This document shows, piece after piece, positions 1 through 19,672 of a stretch of DNA of 64,000 nt (position 1 is its first letter; every line of letters starts with the position of its first letter). The position numbers and the translations under genes were made by a program. The DNA lies in the NCBI GenBank assembly GCA_951406725.2, contig OX597824.1:67456001-67520000 (forward strand), in the 5' to 3' direction. Source of the stretch: Octopus vulgaris (taxonomy: Eukaryota). The notes under the pieces are model-generated. The model ran no database searches. It was given only the letters and a program-made list of their open reading frames with translations, and was not told the DNA's origin.

Positions 1-191
1 TATTGTAAATTTTGCTTCCCCACCCTGTATACATACCCTTTTCTCTCGATATATATGCGGAACTCGACTGAGGAAAGACAACTCCGAATCATGCGTCCTT
101 GGTTTCTTTGTATCGTCTGTCTGGATGTTTTCTTGTCCCTTTTTTGTATTACGTAACCGTATGGATGTTTTGCGTTCTTGTCCCATTTTTG

Positions 192-229
<38 letters not shown>

Positions 230-799
230 TAATTAGAGCTTGTTATTAACAATAACATTAATACAGAGGGAAGATGTAGTGATCGTCGTGAGCTATATTC
301 GAAATAATATCATTATGGAGGCAACGTAGGCGAAGTTTAAAAGAACATAATTGAAATACGCATCGAAGATTTATATAAATACATATATTTTCTATAAAAT
401 GGACATAAAATTCCAAAATACACAAATATATATAAATAGACAATATCAATGCAATGTATAAAACACGATTGAATTTAAATAAAAATGATTGAATTTAAGA
501 AAATATAATTTGTAATTACATTTAAAATCGTATATTGTATGATGAAATTAAAAATTTAACTTGAAAGGATTAAGTATTGAAGACATATTAAAACCAACGA
601 AGGAAAAATATAAGCATCATATCTACAAGCCGTTTCAGAGATGTGCCAAGGAATATGACATATTTCATATTATTAATCAAGGCACTCTCCTCATCAGGAT
701 GTTACACAAAGTTCATAAATACATCTACATACCGGGCCTGTCTCCATCAGCGGCAATGTAGAGTATTAGGATAATATGGCCTTAAGCAAGATGTATGTG

Positions 800-2030
<1,231 letters not shown>

Positions 2031-2040
2031 ATATATGTAT

Positions 2041-2093
<53 letters not shown>

Positions 2094-2571
2094 GTATATA
2101 TATATGTATATATATATGTATATATATATGTATATATATATGTATATATATATGTATATATATATGTATATATGTATATATATATGTATATATATATGTA
2201 TATATATATGTATATATATATATATATATGTATACATATATATATATACATACATACATATATATGTATATATATATATACATACATACATACATATATA
2301 TGTATATATATATACATACATACATACATACATACATACATACATACATGCATACATACATATACATGCAAAAATATACACACATTAAACAATTACATAT
2401 ATATATGCATACATACATAAGTAGAAGCATGCATACGTACACACAAACAGGTATAAATACATACATACGTACGTATATACACACATGCATACATATGTAC
2501 ATAATTCATGCATTCATCCTTCCATACATACATACATACAAAAATTCAATATTCGGGAAAATATAACTCAC

Positions 2572-2710
2572 TAGTAAAAAGGAAGAATTGAAGATTTGAG
2601 CTTATAGTCAGTTGGGAAAAGCACCATAAGACGAACTGGGAAAGATGAAAGCATCGCAAGTATCCAAGTTGTGTTAGAATATTATCGATGTTGGTCGGAG
2701 TTATCTCCAT
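2572..2710 (-). CDS. SLC22/organic cation transporter-like first coding exon, copy 1 (whole exon about 2572-2761)
   Basis: Encodes [46 protein letters not shown] plus 1 nt, resembling the SLC22 N-terminus (D-x-I-L-x-x-L-G-x-x-x-x-F-[QH]) and TM1. GTGAGT donor at 2571-2566; acceptor tttcatgtAG at 2763-2762. Confidence 0.75.
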
Positions 2711-2864
2711 AATCAGATCAATGTTGTACTGGCTTAAGAACAATGAGTGAAGTGTAGATGGCTACATGAAATATGATAATAATGACCCGGGGATACAGAA
2801 GTCGACAGTGTGGTGATAAGACAGACAAACTGGCTAAATAGATAACGGAGGTTTAAATAAAATT

Positions 2865-3655
<791 letters not shown>

Positions 3656-3683
3656 TATCTATCTATCTATCTATCTATCTATA

Positions 3684-3750
<67 letters not shown>

Positions 3751-3967
3751 ATGTATGTATGAGAATGGGTTAGTATATACAATCGCAAGTATATATGTAC
3801 CTATACATACACTTTTCTCTCGATATATATGCCGAACTCGACTGAGGAAAGAAAACCCTGAAGGACGCGTCCTTGTTTTCTTTGTATCGTCTGTCTGGAT
3901 GTTTTGTTGTCCCTCTTTGTATTACGTAACCGTATGGATGTTTTGCGTTCTTGTCCCATTTTTGTAT

Positions 3968-4028
<61 letters not shown>

Positions 4029-4599
4029 TAATGAGAGCTTGTTATTAACAATAACATTAATACAGAAGGAAAGTGTAGTGCTCGTGGTGAGCTATATTCG
4101 AAATAATATCATTATGGAGGCAACGTAGGCGAAGTTTAAAAGAACATAATTGAAATACGCATCGAAGATTTATATAAATACATATATTTTCTATAAAATG
4201 GACATAACATTCCAAAATACATAAATATATATAAATAGACAATATCAATGCAATGCATAAAACACGATTGAATTTAAATAAAAACGATTGAATTTAAGAA
4301 AATATAATTTGTAATTACATTTAAAATCGTATATTGTATGATGAAATCAAAAATTTAACTTGAAATGATTAAGTATTGAAGACATATTAAAACCAACGAA
4401 GGAAAAATATAAGCATCATATCTACAAGCCGTTTCAGAGATGTGCCAAGGAATATGACATATTTCATATTATTAATCAAGGCACTCTCCTCATCAGGATG
4501 TTACACAAAGTTCATAAATACATCTATATACCGGGCCTGTCTCCATCAGCGGCAATGTAGAATATTAGGATAATATGGCATTAAGCAAGATGTATGTGC

Positions 4600-5463
4600 C
4601 TTTCGTTCGGGCACACTTTGCACCCTGGGCGATTTTAGAACGAACAGTCCTTCCTCTTACATTGTTTTCGGCAAAAGAAAGACGACTTGATTAATGCCTG
4701 GTAGTAAGGAGAAGATTCCTACGAGGAATGCGTCCATGAAGACTACACTGATTCAAACTACAGCGAGCTGTTTGGGCGGATACACTTTTTCCACTAACAG
4801 AAGACACTTTTTGGGCCAAAGATGAAGCAGTACGATGCCTGTCGTCTATCACGCATCGTTGGATGTGGCGAATTTCACGCGCAGTTAAAATAGAAGGACG
4901 TCCAGGACAATGTTTATAACTTCGCCATCCATTAGCTTTGTAATTATGAATTAATTTGGTAACTGTACTTATGCTAATCTGTATACATTTGCTAATTAAC
5001 TTGTATCATAATCCATTCTTGTGTAAATCCAAAATAACTTTCTTCAAATCTTCAGACAATTCTTTTCCATTTGGTAGCATTTTAATCACAATGAACAAGA
5101 TTTTCACCACGGTACACAAATCAGAATTTCTGCAGATACAATAACAATCACCGGCGCAAAAATGCCAAGAAAAATATTTTTTAGAATTGAAATTTATCAG
5201 CATTATCTGAATTTAGTAAAAAAAAGTGGATAAAATATTGAATATAGCAAATTTCCTTTAGGGTGTACATATTTTTGTAACGTCTGAAGATGAATATTTC
5301 GTTCATATATTTGAAAACGTTTATTATTTTGTGTTCGAAATTTGGATAAATTTTGCATGTTTTATATATTTTATTCAGTATAAACTTCGTTTGATTTTTA
5401 ATATCAGAATAATAGCAATTTTACTGATTTTTTTTAAGGGCGTACATACGCCTGTGAGATATA
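4600..5463 (-). mobile_element. Tc1-like DNA transposon remnant, copy 2
   Basis: Duplicate of 800-1668 with ATG at 5080 and the same TIR/DR motifs. Confidence 0.8.
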
Positions 5464-5527
<64 letters not shown>

Positions 5528-5710
5528 AGTGTATATATATATATATACGTGACTATATATATATATATATACTGATATGTAATGGTGTAATAAAGTATTG
5601 ATTGGGTATCATCTGATAGTTGATGTTTTATTGATTTAAGTATGTTTCTCCATTTTCTAATTTTGTAGTATATATTTATATATATATATGTGACTGTATA
5701 TATATATATG

Positions 5711-5748
<38 letters not shown>

Positions 5749-5880
5749 CATATACATGCAAACATATACACACACTAAACAATTACATATATATATATGC
5801 ATACATACATACGTACGTACATACATACATGCATACATATGTACATACAAAAATACAATATTCGGGAAAATATAACTCAC

Positions 5881-6019
5881 TAGTAAAAAGGAAGAATTGA
5901 AGATTTGAGCTTATACTGAGTTGGGAAAGGCACCATAAGACGAACTGGGAAAGATGAAAGCAACGCAGGTATCCAAGTTGTGTTAGAATATTATCGATGT
6001 TGGTCGAAGTTATCTCCAT
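5881..6019 (-). CDS. SLC22-like first coding exon, copy 2 (recent duplicate of copy 1; upstream acceptor replaced by a Penelope-like element)
   Basis: [46 protein letters not shown], 139 nt, GTGAGT donor at 5880-5875. Similarity to copy 1 stops abruptly at about 6030. Confidence 0.65.
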
Positions 6020-6030
6020 AATCAGATCAA

Positions 6031-8215
6031 CCGGTTTCACAGTTTTCACTGATTTTCAAAAAGTTCAAATAGAAATATGTGGCTTATGTCGCAGCTGTAT
6101 TGATTCTGACTAGTGTTTGAAGTTTTCCCTGTTTTTATAGGGAGTTCATGGCTGAAATTAATATGTTTTGAATACACTTTGATTAGCAGAGGATAGTCAC
6201 ATGACTGGTCTTAGAAATTTCTGTAGATTTCCCGGTTACGACCGTGTGTTAGTATCAAGTGACAATGTTTGACATCATAAGTTGAGGCTGACACGGTTGA
6301 CTGAACATGTCCAAACAATCAATGCTTTGAATGTTTTCTGTCAAGTTTTTTTTAGGAGAATGAACACAATTAAATTTATAACCTTTTGTACGTTTCCTGT
6401 TACGTTCGTGGGTTTGTGTCAAGTGACAGTATATTTTGCGCCTAAAAGGAAGGCTGACATGGTTGAGTGAACATGTTTAGTTATAATCAAGGCACTCCAA
6501 ATTTAATCTGTTTGATGGGAGGGTGGACAGGTATCGTTTGTATGTAGTCCAGTGGCTAAAATTAAGGTTGTTAGCTGTATAGCTTCCTCCTGATGAGTAG
6601 TAAAATGAATTTTGTGTGTGAATAGTTATTTGTGTATGTACTCTGTTAAAATTTGATAAGTCATGGTTTATACTTTTGTATCAAAATATTTTCTTTGTTC
6701 ATCCGCGCATCACATGTGGAATTCGCTGGAGATAAGTACAGTGGTGAGACCCAGGATTTGGAGGACTTACTTTTTGCACATATGTCTATGTGACCACTCA
6801 GTGGAATCTGTCTAGTACTAGTGTCTCGTATGTGTTGTTGGTGAATGATCAGTCTATTTAGAGTAATTTTTGTTTGATCTATGTAATCTTCATTACATCC
6901 TTGACATTTGATAGCGTATATTAAGCTCCTTGAAAAACATGTAAAGTAATTTTTTAAGGTAAATGTCTGTATTGATTTGAATTTGTATGTTGTGTCTTCA
7001 ATAAGGTTGATGCAGGTCCTGCAGTTGGGGCAGCCACACTTTTTGGCTGTTGGTCTAGGAATTGTGGAAGGCAATTTAGCACTTGTGAGGAATTTTTGAA
7101 TGACTTTGATTGTCTTTTACTTTTGGTTATTTCGTGTATTTCGAATGCTTGTTTCATTCTTGGGTCTTGTTTTAGTATTGGGATGTTCTGGTGGATGATC
7201 TTGTAAACTTCTGTGTTTCCTGTTTTGTGTTGTAATAAAGGGTAGATTATTGGGTGTTTTTCGTTTTTCGTAGTTCTTTGATATTTATTCCTTTGGCACG
7301 TCCTATTCCATTGTCTACTATCATTAACGGATATTGTCTTTTAAGTAGTACTTGTTTCAGTTCGTGGAGTCTTTTATTGCGAGTTTCAGGGCTTGAGACA
7401 ATTGTGCAGATTCTTCTAGCTAGATTAAAGGGGATATTATTCTTATGTTTAGGATGTCATGAAGAGCACAGTAAGTATTGTTTGGAATCTGTTTGTTCGT
7501 AGTGAATATCTGTTTCAATGATTTTATCTCTTTTGATGATTAGTATATCCAGGAATAGTAGTTGAGTTTTACTGTATTCCATGGTAAAGTTAATATTATT
7601 GTTTATGCTGTTGATTAGATTATTGAAGACTATCAGTTGTTCAAGTGTGTATGTCCATATGATTAGGCAGTCATCTAAGTCACGTTTCTAGTTTTCTAGT
7701 AGATATTTGTGGAAGTTCAAGCCATTCATTAATTTAGATTACTTATATATCTGGACCTCCATGTATGCTATGACTAGATTGGCATAAGTCGGAGCAACTT
7801 TTGTCCCCATCGCACTCCTAGATATTTGTAAACATTGGCATCGATGTTAAAAAAACCGTGTTTTCGAGAATAAACTTTAATCATTTATTGATGAAACTCT
7901 TTTCAGTTCTGTCCGGAATTTCCTGAGGGAATTTCTCAGGTCAGAAATTCATTGCTACTAGTCCATATTGGTGTGGGATTGTGGTATATATTGTGGTATA
8001 TTTCACCACACCAAAACATACAACACTGGTATCATTATTTTGGGAGGTGGTTTAAGAGGTCCAGGTTGTCCCTCACAAGACTTGGAATTATATTTAAAGC
8101 TACAGCCTTATTAATTTCGTTCAAAGTTGCCTCTCTTAAGTAAATCTCAATGACAAGAGTCAAAACTCGAAATATTGATGTCTGGGAATCCTAACAGAGG
8201 ACGAACTGGATATTT
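6031..8215 (-). mobile_element. Penelope-like retroelement (degenerate RT and GIY-YIG endonuclease)
   Basis: AMGTKVAPTYANL, KRDLDDCLIIW, FTMEYS..LLFLDI, then CGCPNCRTC and LIYAIKCQGCNEDYIDQT...QHI. 3' end gtgaaaccgg. Confidence 0.88.
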
Positions 8216-8316
8216 TTCACTCTTTTTGCCATAATATTTTTGCCACGGTAACTGCAGTGTATTTTCCTTTTAGCAGTTGAAGTGTTTATGTCTGTCTGTC
8301 TGTCTATCTATCTATA

Positions 8317-8387
<71 letters not shown>

Positions 8388-8408
8388 TTATCTATATATC
8401 TATCTATC

Positions 8409-8561
8409 GTGGCTGAGTGGTGAGAAGCTTGCTTCCCTACCACATGTTTCCGGTTTCAGTCACTCTGCGGAGCGCCTTAGGCAAGTGTCTTCTACAATAA
8501 CTTCGGGTCGATCAAAGTCTTGTGAGTGGATTTGGTAGACTGAAACTGAAAGAAGGTCATC

Positions 8562-8620
<59 letters not shown>

Positions 8621-9250
8621 TGAGTATGTGTCTTTGTGTCTGTGTTTGTCCACTCATCTCCGCTTGACAACCGATGTTAGTGTGTTTACGCCCCTTAGAG
8701 GTTTGGTAGAAGAAGCCGATAGGATAAGTACTAGGCTTACATAGAATAAGTCGTGAAGTCGATTTCTTCGAGTAAAAAACCCTTTAAAGTGGTGCCCCAC
8801 CATGGCCACAGTGAAATGACTGAGACGAGTAAAAGAATAAAAGAATACATACTCACGCACAAACATAAGCGTAGTTTGCTTTTCGACCACATATTTCCGG
8901 GTTCAGTCCTACTACGTGGCATCTTGGGCAAGTGTCTTCTACTATAGGCAGGGGTCGACCAAAACCTTTTCATTGGATTTGGTAAGCAGAAACTGAATTA
9001 AGCCCGTGGTATATATACATATATATTTATCCGTATGTGCGTGTTTGTATCTCTTATGTCCTACCACCGCTTGATAACCGGCGTTGGTGTGTTTACATCC
9101 CTGTAATTTAGCGGTTCGGCAAAAGACACCTATTAAATAAGTACCAGGTATAAGATTAAGTACTGGGGTCGATTCATTCATAAAAAGTTTTGATGCCGTT
9201 GCCTTAGCATGGACGCAGTCTAATGACTGAAATGGGTTAAAGATAAAAGG
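8409..9250 (+). mobile_element. Two tandem tRNA-derived SINEs with internal (TA)n
   Basis: A/B-box head (tggctgagtgg...ggttcagtc), ttgggcaagtgtcttct core, aatgactgaaa tail. Confidence 0.85.
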
Positions 9251-9698
9251 CAATATGATTCAACTAGGGTAGTAGTTGAATATATTCATAAGTCCACCAT
9301 TTCGTCAAATGCAGCAACTTGCAAGCTTCACCACTAATTCAGATTTCAACTTAATTGCAAACTGCTAACAGTTTTAAAGAGGAAACTCCTCAGCTACACT
9401 TTGGTATAAATAGTTTGAGATTTGGTTCAGTAGAAACAAGTTACATCAAAATATGTGAGACCTCAAGGTGTGCGGGAAGGCAGGTTTTCATTTTCAATTA
9501 ACATAAATTTTTAAATCTTAAAATAGAAGTATACTTTTCTTAGGTTTAAATGATAGACAAATGCATGAGAAATTCGGAATCGTACGCATACACAAATACA
9601 CATATATGTACATCCATCCATCCATACATTCATACATAGTTGCATTGATACATAGAAAATTTTTTTCTAAACATAATTTTCAGGAAAACACAACTCAC

Positions 9699-9837
9699 TT
9701 GTAAAGAGGAAGAAATTAATGTTCACCAAAATAATGGTAGTGGAGAAGCACCAAATGGTCAGCTGAGAAACATGGAACCTATTTTCACTTCCAAGTTGTT
9801 TAAGAATATTGTTGATGTTGGCTGCAGGAATCTCCAT
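9699..9837 (-). CDS. SLC22-like first coding exon, copy 3 (whole exon about 9699-9888)
   Basis: MEIPAANINNILKQLGSENRFHVSQLTIWCFSTTIILVNINFFLFT, 139 nt, GTGAGT donor at 9698-9693. Acceptor gtgcAG|ccatttac is homologous to copy 1 atgtAG|ccatctac. Confidence 0.72.
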
Positions 9838-10348
9838 GTTCTGACAAATGTCGTCTTGATCCAACAAACATAAATCTATTGTAAATGGCTGCACGAATTA
9901 AGATACGGAGATAAAGCTTTCGAAGTGAATAAGAGACAGATAAAAATACATCATTAGGTAAAATGATATCATACATACATTCATACATACATTCATACAC
10001 ACACTCATACATACATGTATATATACATAGTAATACACTTAAATGCATATATATATATATACATATATATATACACACACTTAAATGCATGTATTTATCT
10101 CGGTGTTTGTGGGGGAGAGTATAATTATATGTATACACACGTACGAACTATATATAAAACACACCTCTGTGAAACAAACGGAGGAATTAAGATACAACCT
10201 TTGATTTTCAAGTGTGCCTCGCTTACACACACGCATACATACATATTCACAGAGACACATACGCGAATACACATACACGCGCATACACATGTGCACACAC
10301 ACAGATAATGCACAAGCACGAAGTAAAAATAATATACGTGTGTATTTA

Positions 10349-10393
<45 letters not shown>

Positions 10394-10544
10394 GTATACA
10401 AATACTCGTGCATTGACACATAAACGCACGGATACCCATGTATATGTGTGTGTATGGATGTGTGCGTGCGTGTTCGTGTCTGTGTGTGCATATATAAATA
10501 TATAACTTGTATTCTTTCTGAGCGTGTATAAACATATCTATACA

Positions 10545-11144
<600 letters not shown>

Positions 11145-11196
11145 CATGTGTTAGATGTGGCGTACATATATTCAATATTGAGTAAAAAGGTCGCCA

Positions 11197-12062
<866 letters not shown>

Positions 12063-12077
12063 TCTCTATCTTTTTTT

Positions 12078-12134
<57 letters not shown>

Positions 12135-12512
12135 GTTTGGTTCTGCCGGGTATGTTGGTTTTGTTCATTCACGATATATTTTGAATTCGTTTCACTGAAG
12201 AACAAGAGACGTAGATAATACGTTAATTGCGAAATCACAGGTGATCTGGAACTAAATTCTGTTTTGAAATGTCTTGCTTCGAGAGCTGCATTCGGTACGA
12301 TTCGTTTATTTTTGGTAGTTTGACTTTAAAAGTCCCTCCTAGCGTGTGGCATTTATGTGTAATAATGCCCTCTATATTATATAAATAAATATTTTCAAGT
12401 GAAAAAATTTTACAGATTTTTTCTCTTATGAGGTTTTACACGCTAACTACCTGATAATTTCTTGTTAAGATTTCTTATTAAGATTTTATCCTAATTTTTA
12501 AATTTTTAAATT

Positions 12513-12566
<54 letters not shown>

Positions 12567-12886
12567 ATATATATATATATATATCATGGACTCTACCATC
12601 GTTAGACGACATATGAGGGTTCGACAATTTCTTACCGAACAACCACATAGATGATTTGTTTATAGCGATCAAATATTTGTGTAGACGTAAGCTCACTCCC
12701 GCTATGAAATCGACATTACCTGTACAGGTGTAACTGGGTGTCACATATCAGATGTCGAAATGATCGCAGAGCCACGTGAAATGAAGTGCTTTGCTCAAGA
12801 ACACAACGCAACACCCTGTTTGGGAATCGAGACCACGATCTTCCAATTGCGAGTCCAACACCCTAACCACTAATCCATGTGCCTTG

Positions 12887-12927
<41 letters not shown>

Positions 12928-12959
12928 TTATTATTATTATTATTTAATTGAAGGCCACG

Positions 12960-14045
12960 CATCCATTTTCAAGTAAGTTTATCTGTTTATCTTCACCTTC
13001 TTGATGCGACTCTACGCTCTTTTCTTCCTCCATCCTTCTCTAATTCTCTTTTCCCCCTCACTGTTTCATCGTTTTCTGTCCGTCTCTCTTTCTCTCCCTC
13101 TTTCTCTTTTTCGCTTTCTAGTTGCTCAATCGTGACCATCGTCCATCTTTCTTTTCCTCACGTGACCATCCTTCTTTTTCTGCATGGAGGTTCAAAGGAC
13201 TGGACGTTTTTTCTCTCTCTAGACGAAAGGACCACGAATATGGTTGTATAAGCATGAGATGTGTAAAAACACCTGCATAAACTAATGTTGTATCACTTGT
13301 ATAAGGGCACGAATGACCCTCCATGTTTGTTTTCGTTCGGTTTCCTTGTATGCCTCCACTGACCTGTTTTTGTTCCCAGCTTTGACCCTCCATAAATCCT
13401 AAATTTTATTTTAGAATTTATATGAGCAACAATCTTTGAAGATTGTCGTTCAATGATCGAAATGAGGAGTTGACAGACAGCTGACAATTGGTGAAGGGTC
13501 CTTTCTCTGTGTTTAATTGTCATGTTTTCCATTTTCTCTCTCGTTATTTGCATATATATATATAACCTGCGACGAGAGCTCTGCTACTGTCTTTTCTGGC
13601 CTGACTTCCTTGAAGTGTGGATGGCATTTTCTTTGCTCCTTCGCTGTCCTCAAAAATAGCGTTCGTAATACTTTTTTTCATTCGGCTTAACAGCCCTTCT
13701 TGTCTTGTTATTCTCCTTGTCCTGTCTTTTACTGTTTATATTTTGTACTGTCGTCACTGTCCTGTTTTTGTTACCATTTTTACCCCTCTGCAAAAAGATC
13801 TCAAATTTCATTTGATTTGCTTTTCGCAGGAAGGAAAGTTTCTATCGAAGATGCGTATCGCCTTCACCTTCGAAACGCAGAGTAGATGAAACCATGGCGA
13901 CTGAAGAAGGGGAATTTTCCTTGTGTTATTTGTCCTGTACTCTATTTTTTTGTTGTTTAAGAAAAATGTCCAGTTCCTTGTTTTTGTGTTTATGTTTCCG
14001 TTTCTCATTGTGTTCGACGTTTTTTTGGTGTCCTGTACCCATATA
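12960..14045 (+). repeat. Degenerate Penelope-type terminal-repeat sequence
   Basis: Hammerhead-like remnants (cttcGAAACgcagaGTA; CTGAAGAagggg) and a 3' end resembling the repeats at 30-200 and 3800-3970. Confidence 0.4.
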
Positions 14046-14192
14046 TGCGTGTATATATACATGTAGAGGTAGGTACGTACATATATGTTTATATATATGC
14101 ATATGTTTTATTTATTAATATATATATATATATATATATATAGATATATACATATATACATATATATACACGAAGAACGGATAGATAGATAA

Positions 14193-14256
<64 letters not shown>

Positions 14257-14780
14257 ACAGGCATGGAGAATGCGTTTCATAAATGGTTTCAAGAAAGTAG
14301 CATAAATGGCTTCAGGAATGACAAAATGATAATTAGGCGAATCGACAAAAAGAATGTAAATGATCGCATAATGACCTCTAAAGAATATTTATGTGGATAA
14401 TGAGACCGCAAAAGAAGACAAAACAAGTTTGTGGTAGTAGAAGGGAACGAAATTAAGTAAAGAAGGGCTGCTGGATTCTTGCCCTCGTGTTTGTGAAGCG
14501 GAAATACGTTTGAGATATATAAGATAGAACATCGAATAAAAGATTAGAAGAATTTAATGAAATAAGCTTGTAATTAAGATCCCATGTGGCTACAGACTTA
14601 TTCGTGGACTTATACAACAGCTATACAACATAAAAAGTTTTAAAAAGCAGAAAAGTGCATGTAGCTTGATACGTAGCTAGATAGATAATTATGCAGGGAG
14701 CTATGTAGTTAGATAAGAAGGCATTCTCTTTACATATCTATCTAGATTAAGAGATACGTTGACAGGAAGCAATTTATCTA

Positions 14781-14834
<54 letters not shown>

Positions 14835-14855
14835 CGTCCGTCCGTCCGTCCGTCC

Positions 14856-14942
<87 letters not shown>

Positions 14943-14971
14943 GAGCAACTAAATATCTAAATATCTATCTC

Positions 14972-16000
<1,029 letters not shown>

Positions 16001-17660
16001 GTCCACCAGTACTTCCGTCGTGGGACGCTGGACAACGGCCCGGTTGAGTTGCTCGGGGTCTGGTTCGGTCCGGACCTCCAAATGCTGGAACGAGATAACG
16101 ATAGGGTGGTCACTCTCGCCCAGCAATGGGCCGAGAGGAAACTGTCCCTAAAAGGTCGGGCGGAGGTACGAACGCGTACATCGCGTCCATCATCTACTAC
16201 CGCCTGACCGTCGTACCTTGTCCCGACCCTACCATCACCAAACTAGAACGCATCCTCTTCCGCTTCTTGTGGAAAGGATGCGTCGATGAGCGATCCATTT
16301 GCTGTCAACACCGTTAAAAGGAGGGCTGGGCATGCCGTGGTTGATGATGCGCAGACACGCGCTGACTGACATCTCCGGCTCTATGTAGACGACGGTGAAC
16401 AGGTGGTCGCCGTTTGTGAGGCACGCATTCCCGCAACTCGTCTCCATGACCGAACTACAGTCGTGGATCAAAAAGAGGCCGAAGAAGGGCGAATGGCACC
16501 GCGAGTGTCGCGTTGCTCTCAAGCAACTCTGTCGACTTGAGTGACTTCAACACAACCAAAGCATTCTATAGGGGATTAGTGGAGGGGAGGTACGACGACG
16601 AGCTCGGGGCAAACCTGGGCGTCGACGAGGAATACCTGACCCGCCTGTTTCAAACGACTTTCGGCCCGACCTATGGACAACTTCCAGAGATCCTCGGCGG
16701 TGCTACCGAAAGCGCTACCCGTTCGGGATAAGCTCTATAGGCATGGCTCGAGAAACACGGGGCCGACGAGATGCGGGCAGAGCGACGAAACCGCTCTGCA
16801 CGCAATCGTGCAGTGTCCAGCAATTTCCCACCTGTGGGCTTATGTCGAACGACTGCTGTCACGTGTGGGACGTGTCGGTTTATCAGCCGAGTCTATCGTT
16901 AATATTGTCACGCCTCCTTCCTTCAAACGGGAAGGAAGAGCTATTTTCATCATACTTGTGGCTATGGCGAAAGAATGTATCTGGTGGACGCGTCTGAAAG
17001 GATTAGAAGAGCTATTTTTATCATACTTGTGGCTATGGCGAAAGAATGTATCTGGTGGACGCGTCTGAAAGGATTAGAGACAAACACTTTCCTCTCTGGT
17101 CAATCTCTCATCAACTTCTTCAAGTATCACTTGAAGAAAAAGTGAGAGTATAGAGGCAAGTTTTGTCTAGTGAATGTTTTAAAAAAAGATGGGTGAATGT
17201 AGCAAGGATGGCACGTATGAATGACGAAGCCACCTTGACTATGATTCTATGAACCGTAAAAATTAATACAGAGAGTTGCTTATTTGCAAAAAAAAAAAAA
17301 AAAAAAATATAAAATGTGACTTCATTGACCGAGGTTACCGTGGTCTTTTCCGTAGGCTTTTCTTTCCACGGGTAAACCTCACCTGTCCTCCCCTTTACAC
17401 TTCATATTGACATTTCTGTGATAACGATCCCTATTGATCAATTTTTTTCCTCTCCCCCTTTTTTTAACCCCCCCTTTTTTTTGTCCTCTTTCTCTCCTTT
17501 TACGATCCCTTTTGATCGACCCCCCTTTTTTTTTTTATTTTAATTTTATTTTTTTATTTTTTAATTTTTAATTTTTTTTATTTTTTAAACCTTCAAAAGA
17601 AAAGCTCTACCTTGTAATTTGTTCTATCTGTGTGCAGCCCTGTGTGGCTAATAAAGAAAC
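16001..17660 (+). mobile_element. 5'-truncated Tx1-clade LINE (thumb to C-terminus, frameshifted) in (TATC)n
   Basis: GPVELLGVWFGPD, RKLSLKGRAEV, LFRFLWKG, GGLGMP, LPVRDKLYRHG, ETALHAIVQC. Internal tandem duplication of about 71 bp at 16935-17077; AATAAA tail. Confidence 0.85.
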
Positions 17661-17661
17661 A

Positions 17662-17729
<68 letters not shown>

Positions 17730-18539
17730 AGTTTGTCTGTCTCTGTGTCTGCATTTTAGCGTCTATCTACCAACATACATTGGGGTGACTTAACGTAGCG
17801 TAGGGGAGCGGATTGGTGAACACTAGGGGGTAGCCGAAGAGAAGAATGATAGTCATTGCACCACTAACACGCTCTATTAGAACATAGAGGCGCTGTTGTT
17901 AAGGTATTATCAACACATAGAACAGAAACGACACTTAGATTATAGAGGCCACACACATCGGAGTAGACAGACCAATCTTCAAAAGAAAACACGAATGGAA
18001 GTCTAACACTCTCCTCTAAACTACACAGCATGATGGCTATGAGATAAAAGAAAAAAGATACAAATAGTATAATACATAAACCTCTCCCCCCTCCAAGGAC
18101 ATACATTTACATACCGAAGACAGAATGAGACAAAATTAGAGAAATAAATAAGGAAATAAAAAAGAAACTAAATAAAGGACACGGGTACAAGCAATAAAGT
18201 AATGAAGCCCAGATATACACACACAAAACATACATACAAAACTTATTGATACGCGTGCGCGCGCACACAGAGATAGAGATGCAAACACATGTGTGGATAA
18301 GGGTATGTACAACAGAAATACAGAGTGGACTAAACACAACAGAAGGAGACACATGGGATGAGGAATCGTTGAATGGATCACAAAATGTGTGACGAAAGAT
18401 TTCAGACATAGGACACTAAAATAGGAAAAACAATAAAAGTGGAGTGAAGAACGAATAGTATGTGTATGTTTCTTTAAGTGAGGGTGAATATATTGTCATT
18501 TAGTTAGTGTTGTTCTGAGGTCTTGAAGATGCCGTCACT

Positions 18540-19530
18540 TATAAACGATGGAATTAAGCGTGCAAAGAAATTAGACATTAAAACATTAAGGTGAAGGAAA
18601 CCTAACGCAACACCTCATCTCAAAACGCTTCTGTATATATCAACTCACAATCCTGTAAACAATGTGGCATACAAAACTATTGTACAAAATCTACCTATGT
18701 TCACCAGAGACCCCAAAATGAACAACATTCTGAAAACATAAATTCATCAAATGCCAAAAGCAACACAAATCGTTGAAAAGACACACAACAACTACGAAAC
18801 CAACGTTTAAAAATGTGGACACCCAAACTGTAGAACATTCCCCAACCTACTGGAAAGCTTGGAATTCCTATTCAAACAAGGAGAAAGGTTCATAACTAAA
18901 ACCAGCTTCACTTGAGCTTTCGAGAATCTAATTTATAACTTGCTCAGGTTGTGGACATAACTATATAGGACAGACAAGTATGAGACAGAGAACCACACTA
19001 CACAAGGAACAGATCTGGTTCCCTCAATACACACAGATTCCTTTGAGTGAACACATAGACATGTGTGCAGGGAATATCCAATCAAATTTCACAGTTTTCC
19101 CCATCTACCAGTGCAACGAAACAATTTCTATACAAGAAAGTTTAAATAAAGAAAATTTGCTCATCGAAAAAATACAGAACACGTCTAAATATGAAAGCAT
19201 AACCAACTTTGATCTCAGTATATATTTTAATTCATGATCACATACCCATCACTGTATATGTTTCATCTCACTACTTTAGCTTTGAGTTTTTTGTGTATAT
19301 ATACTTATTTATTCCCTCCCCGAAAGATGAGCAATTATCTCCCTGTCCCCAATAATAACGATCACCAATTACATCCCCTTAGATTTTTATAACTGCTCAA
19401 TCATTCATTTACAAACTTCACACACAACATGAACTAAAATCTTCTTAAGAAAATGCGGAATTACAATAATTTCAATGTTATGATTAGTGAAAGCGAAACC
19501 GGTCGACAAACGATATAAAATATACTGAAA
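18540..19530 (+). mobile_element. Penelope-like retroelement 3' fragment (GIY-YIG region)
   Basis: CGHPNCRT, CSGCGHNYIGQT, QIPLSEHIDMCA; similar to 6661-7074. Ends near gcgaaaccggtcg. Confidence 0.8.
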
Positions 19531-19619
19531 AAAAAATCAAACATGGATGTAAAGTGAGTGCATTTTCCTTTTTTTAAAATTGTTTGCACATATATACACA
19601 CACGTATATATGTGTGTGA

Positions 19620-19672
<53 letters not shown>

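Noticed and set aside
61-110. CTGAGGA...CGAATC...GTC hammerhead-like relic (duplicate at about 3840-3875)
   Set aside because: The GAAA box and stems are too decayed to call.
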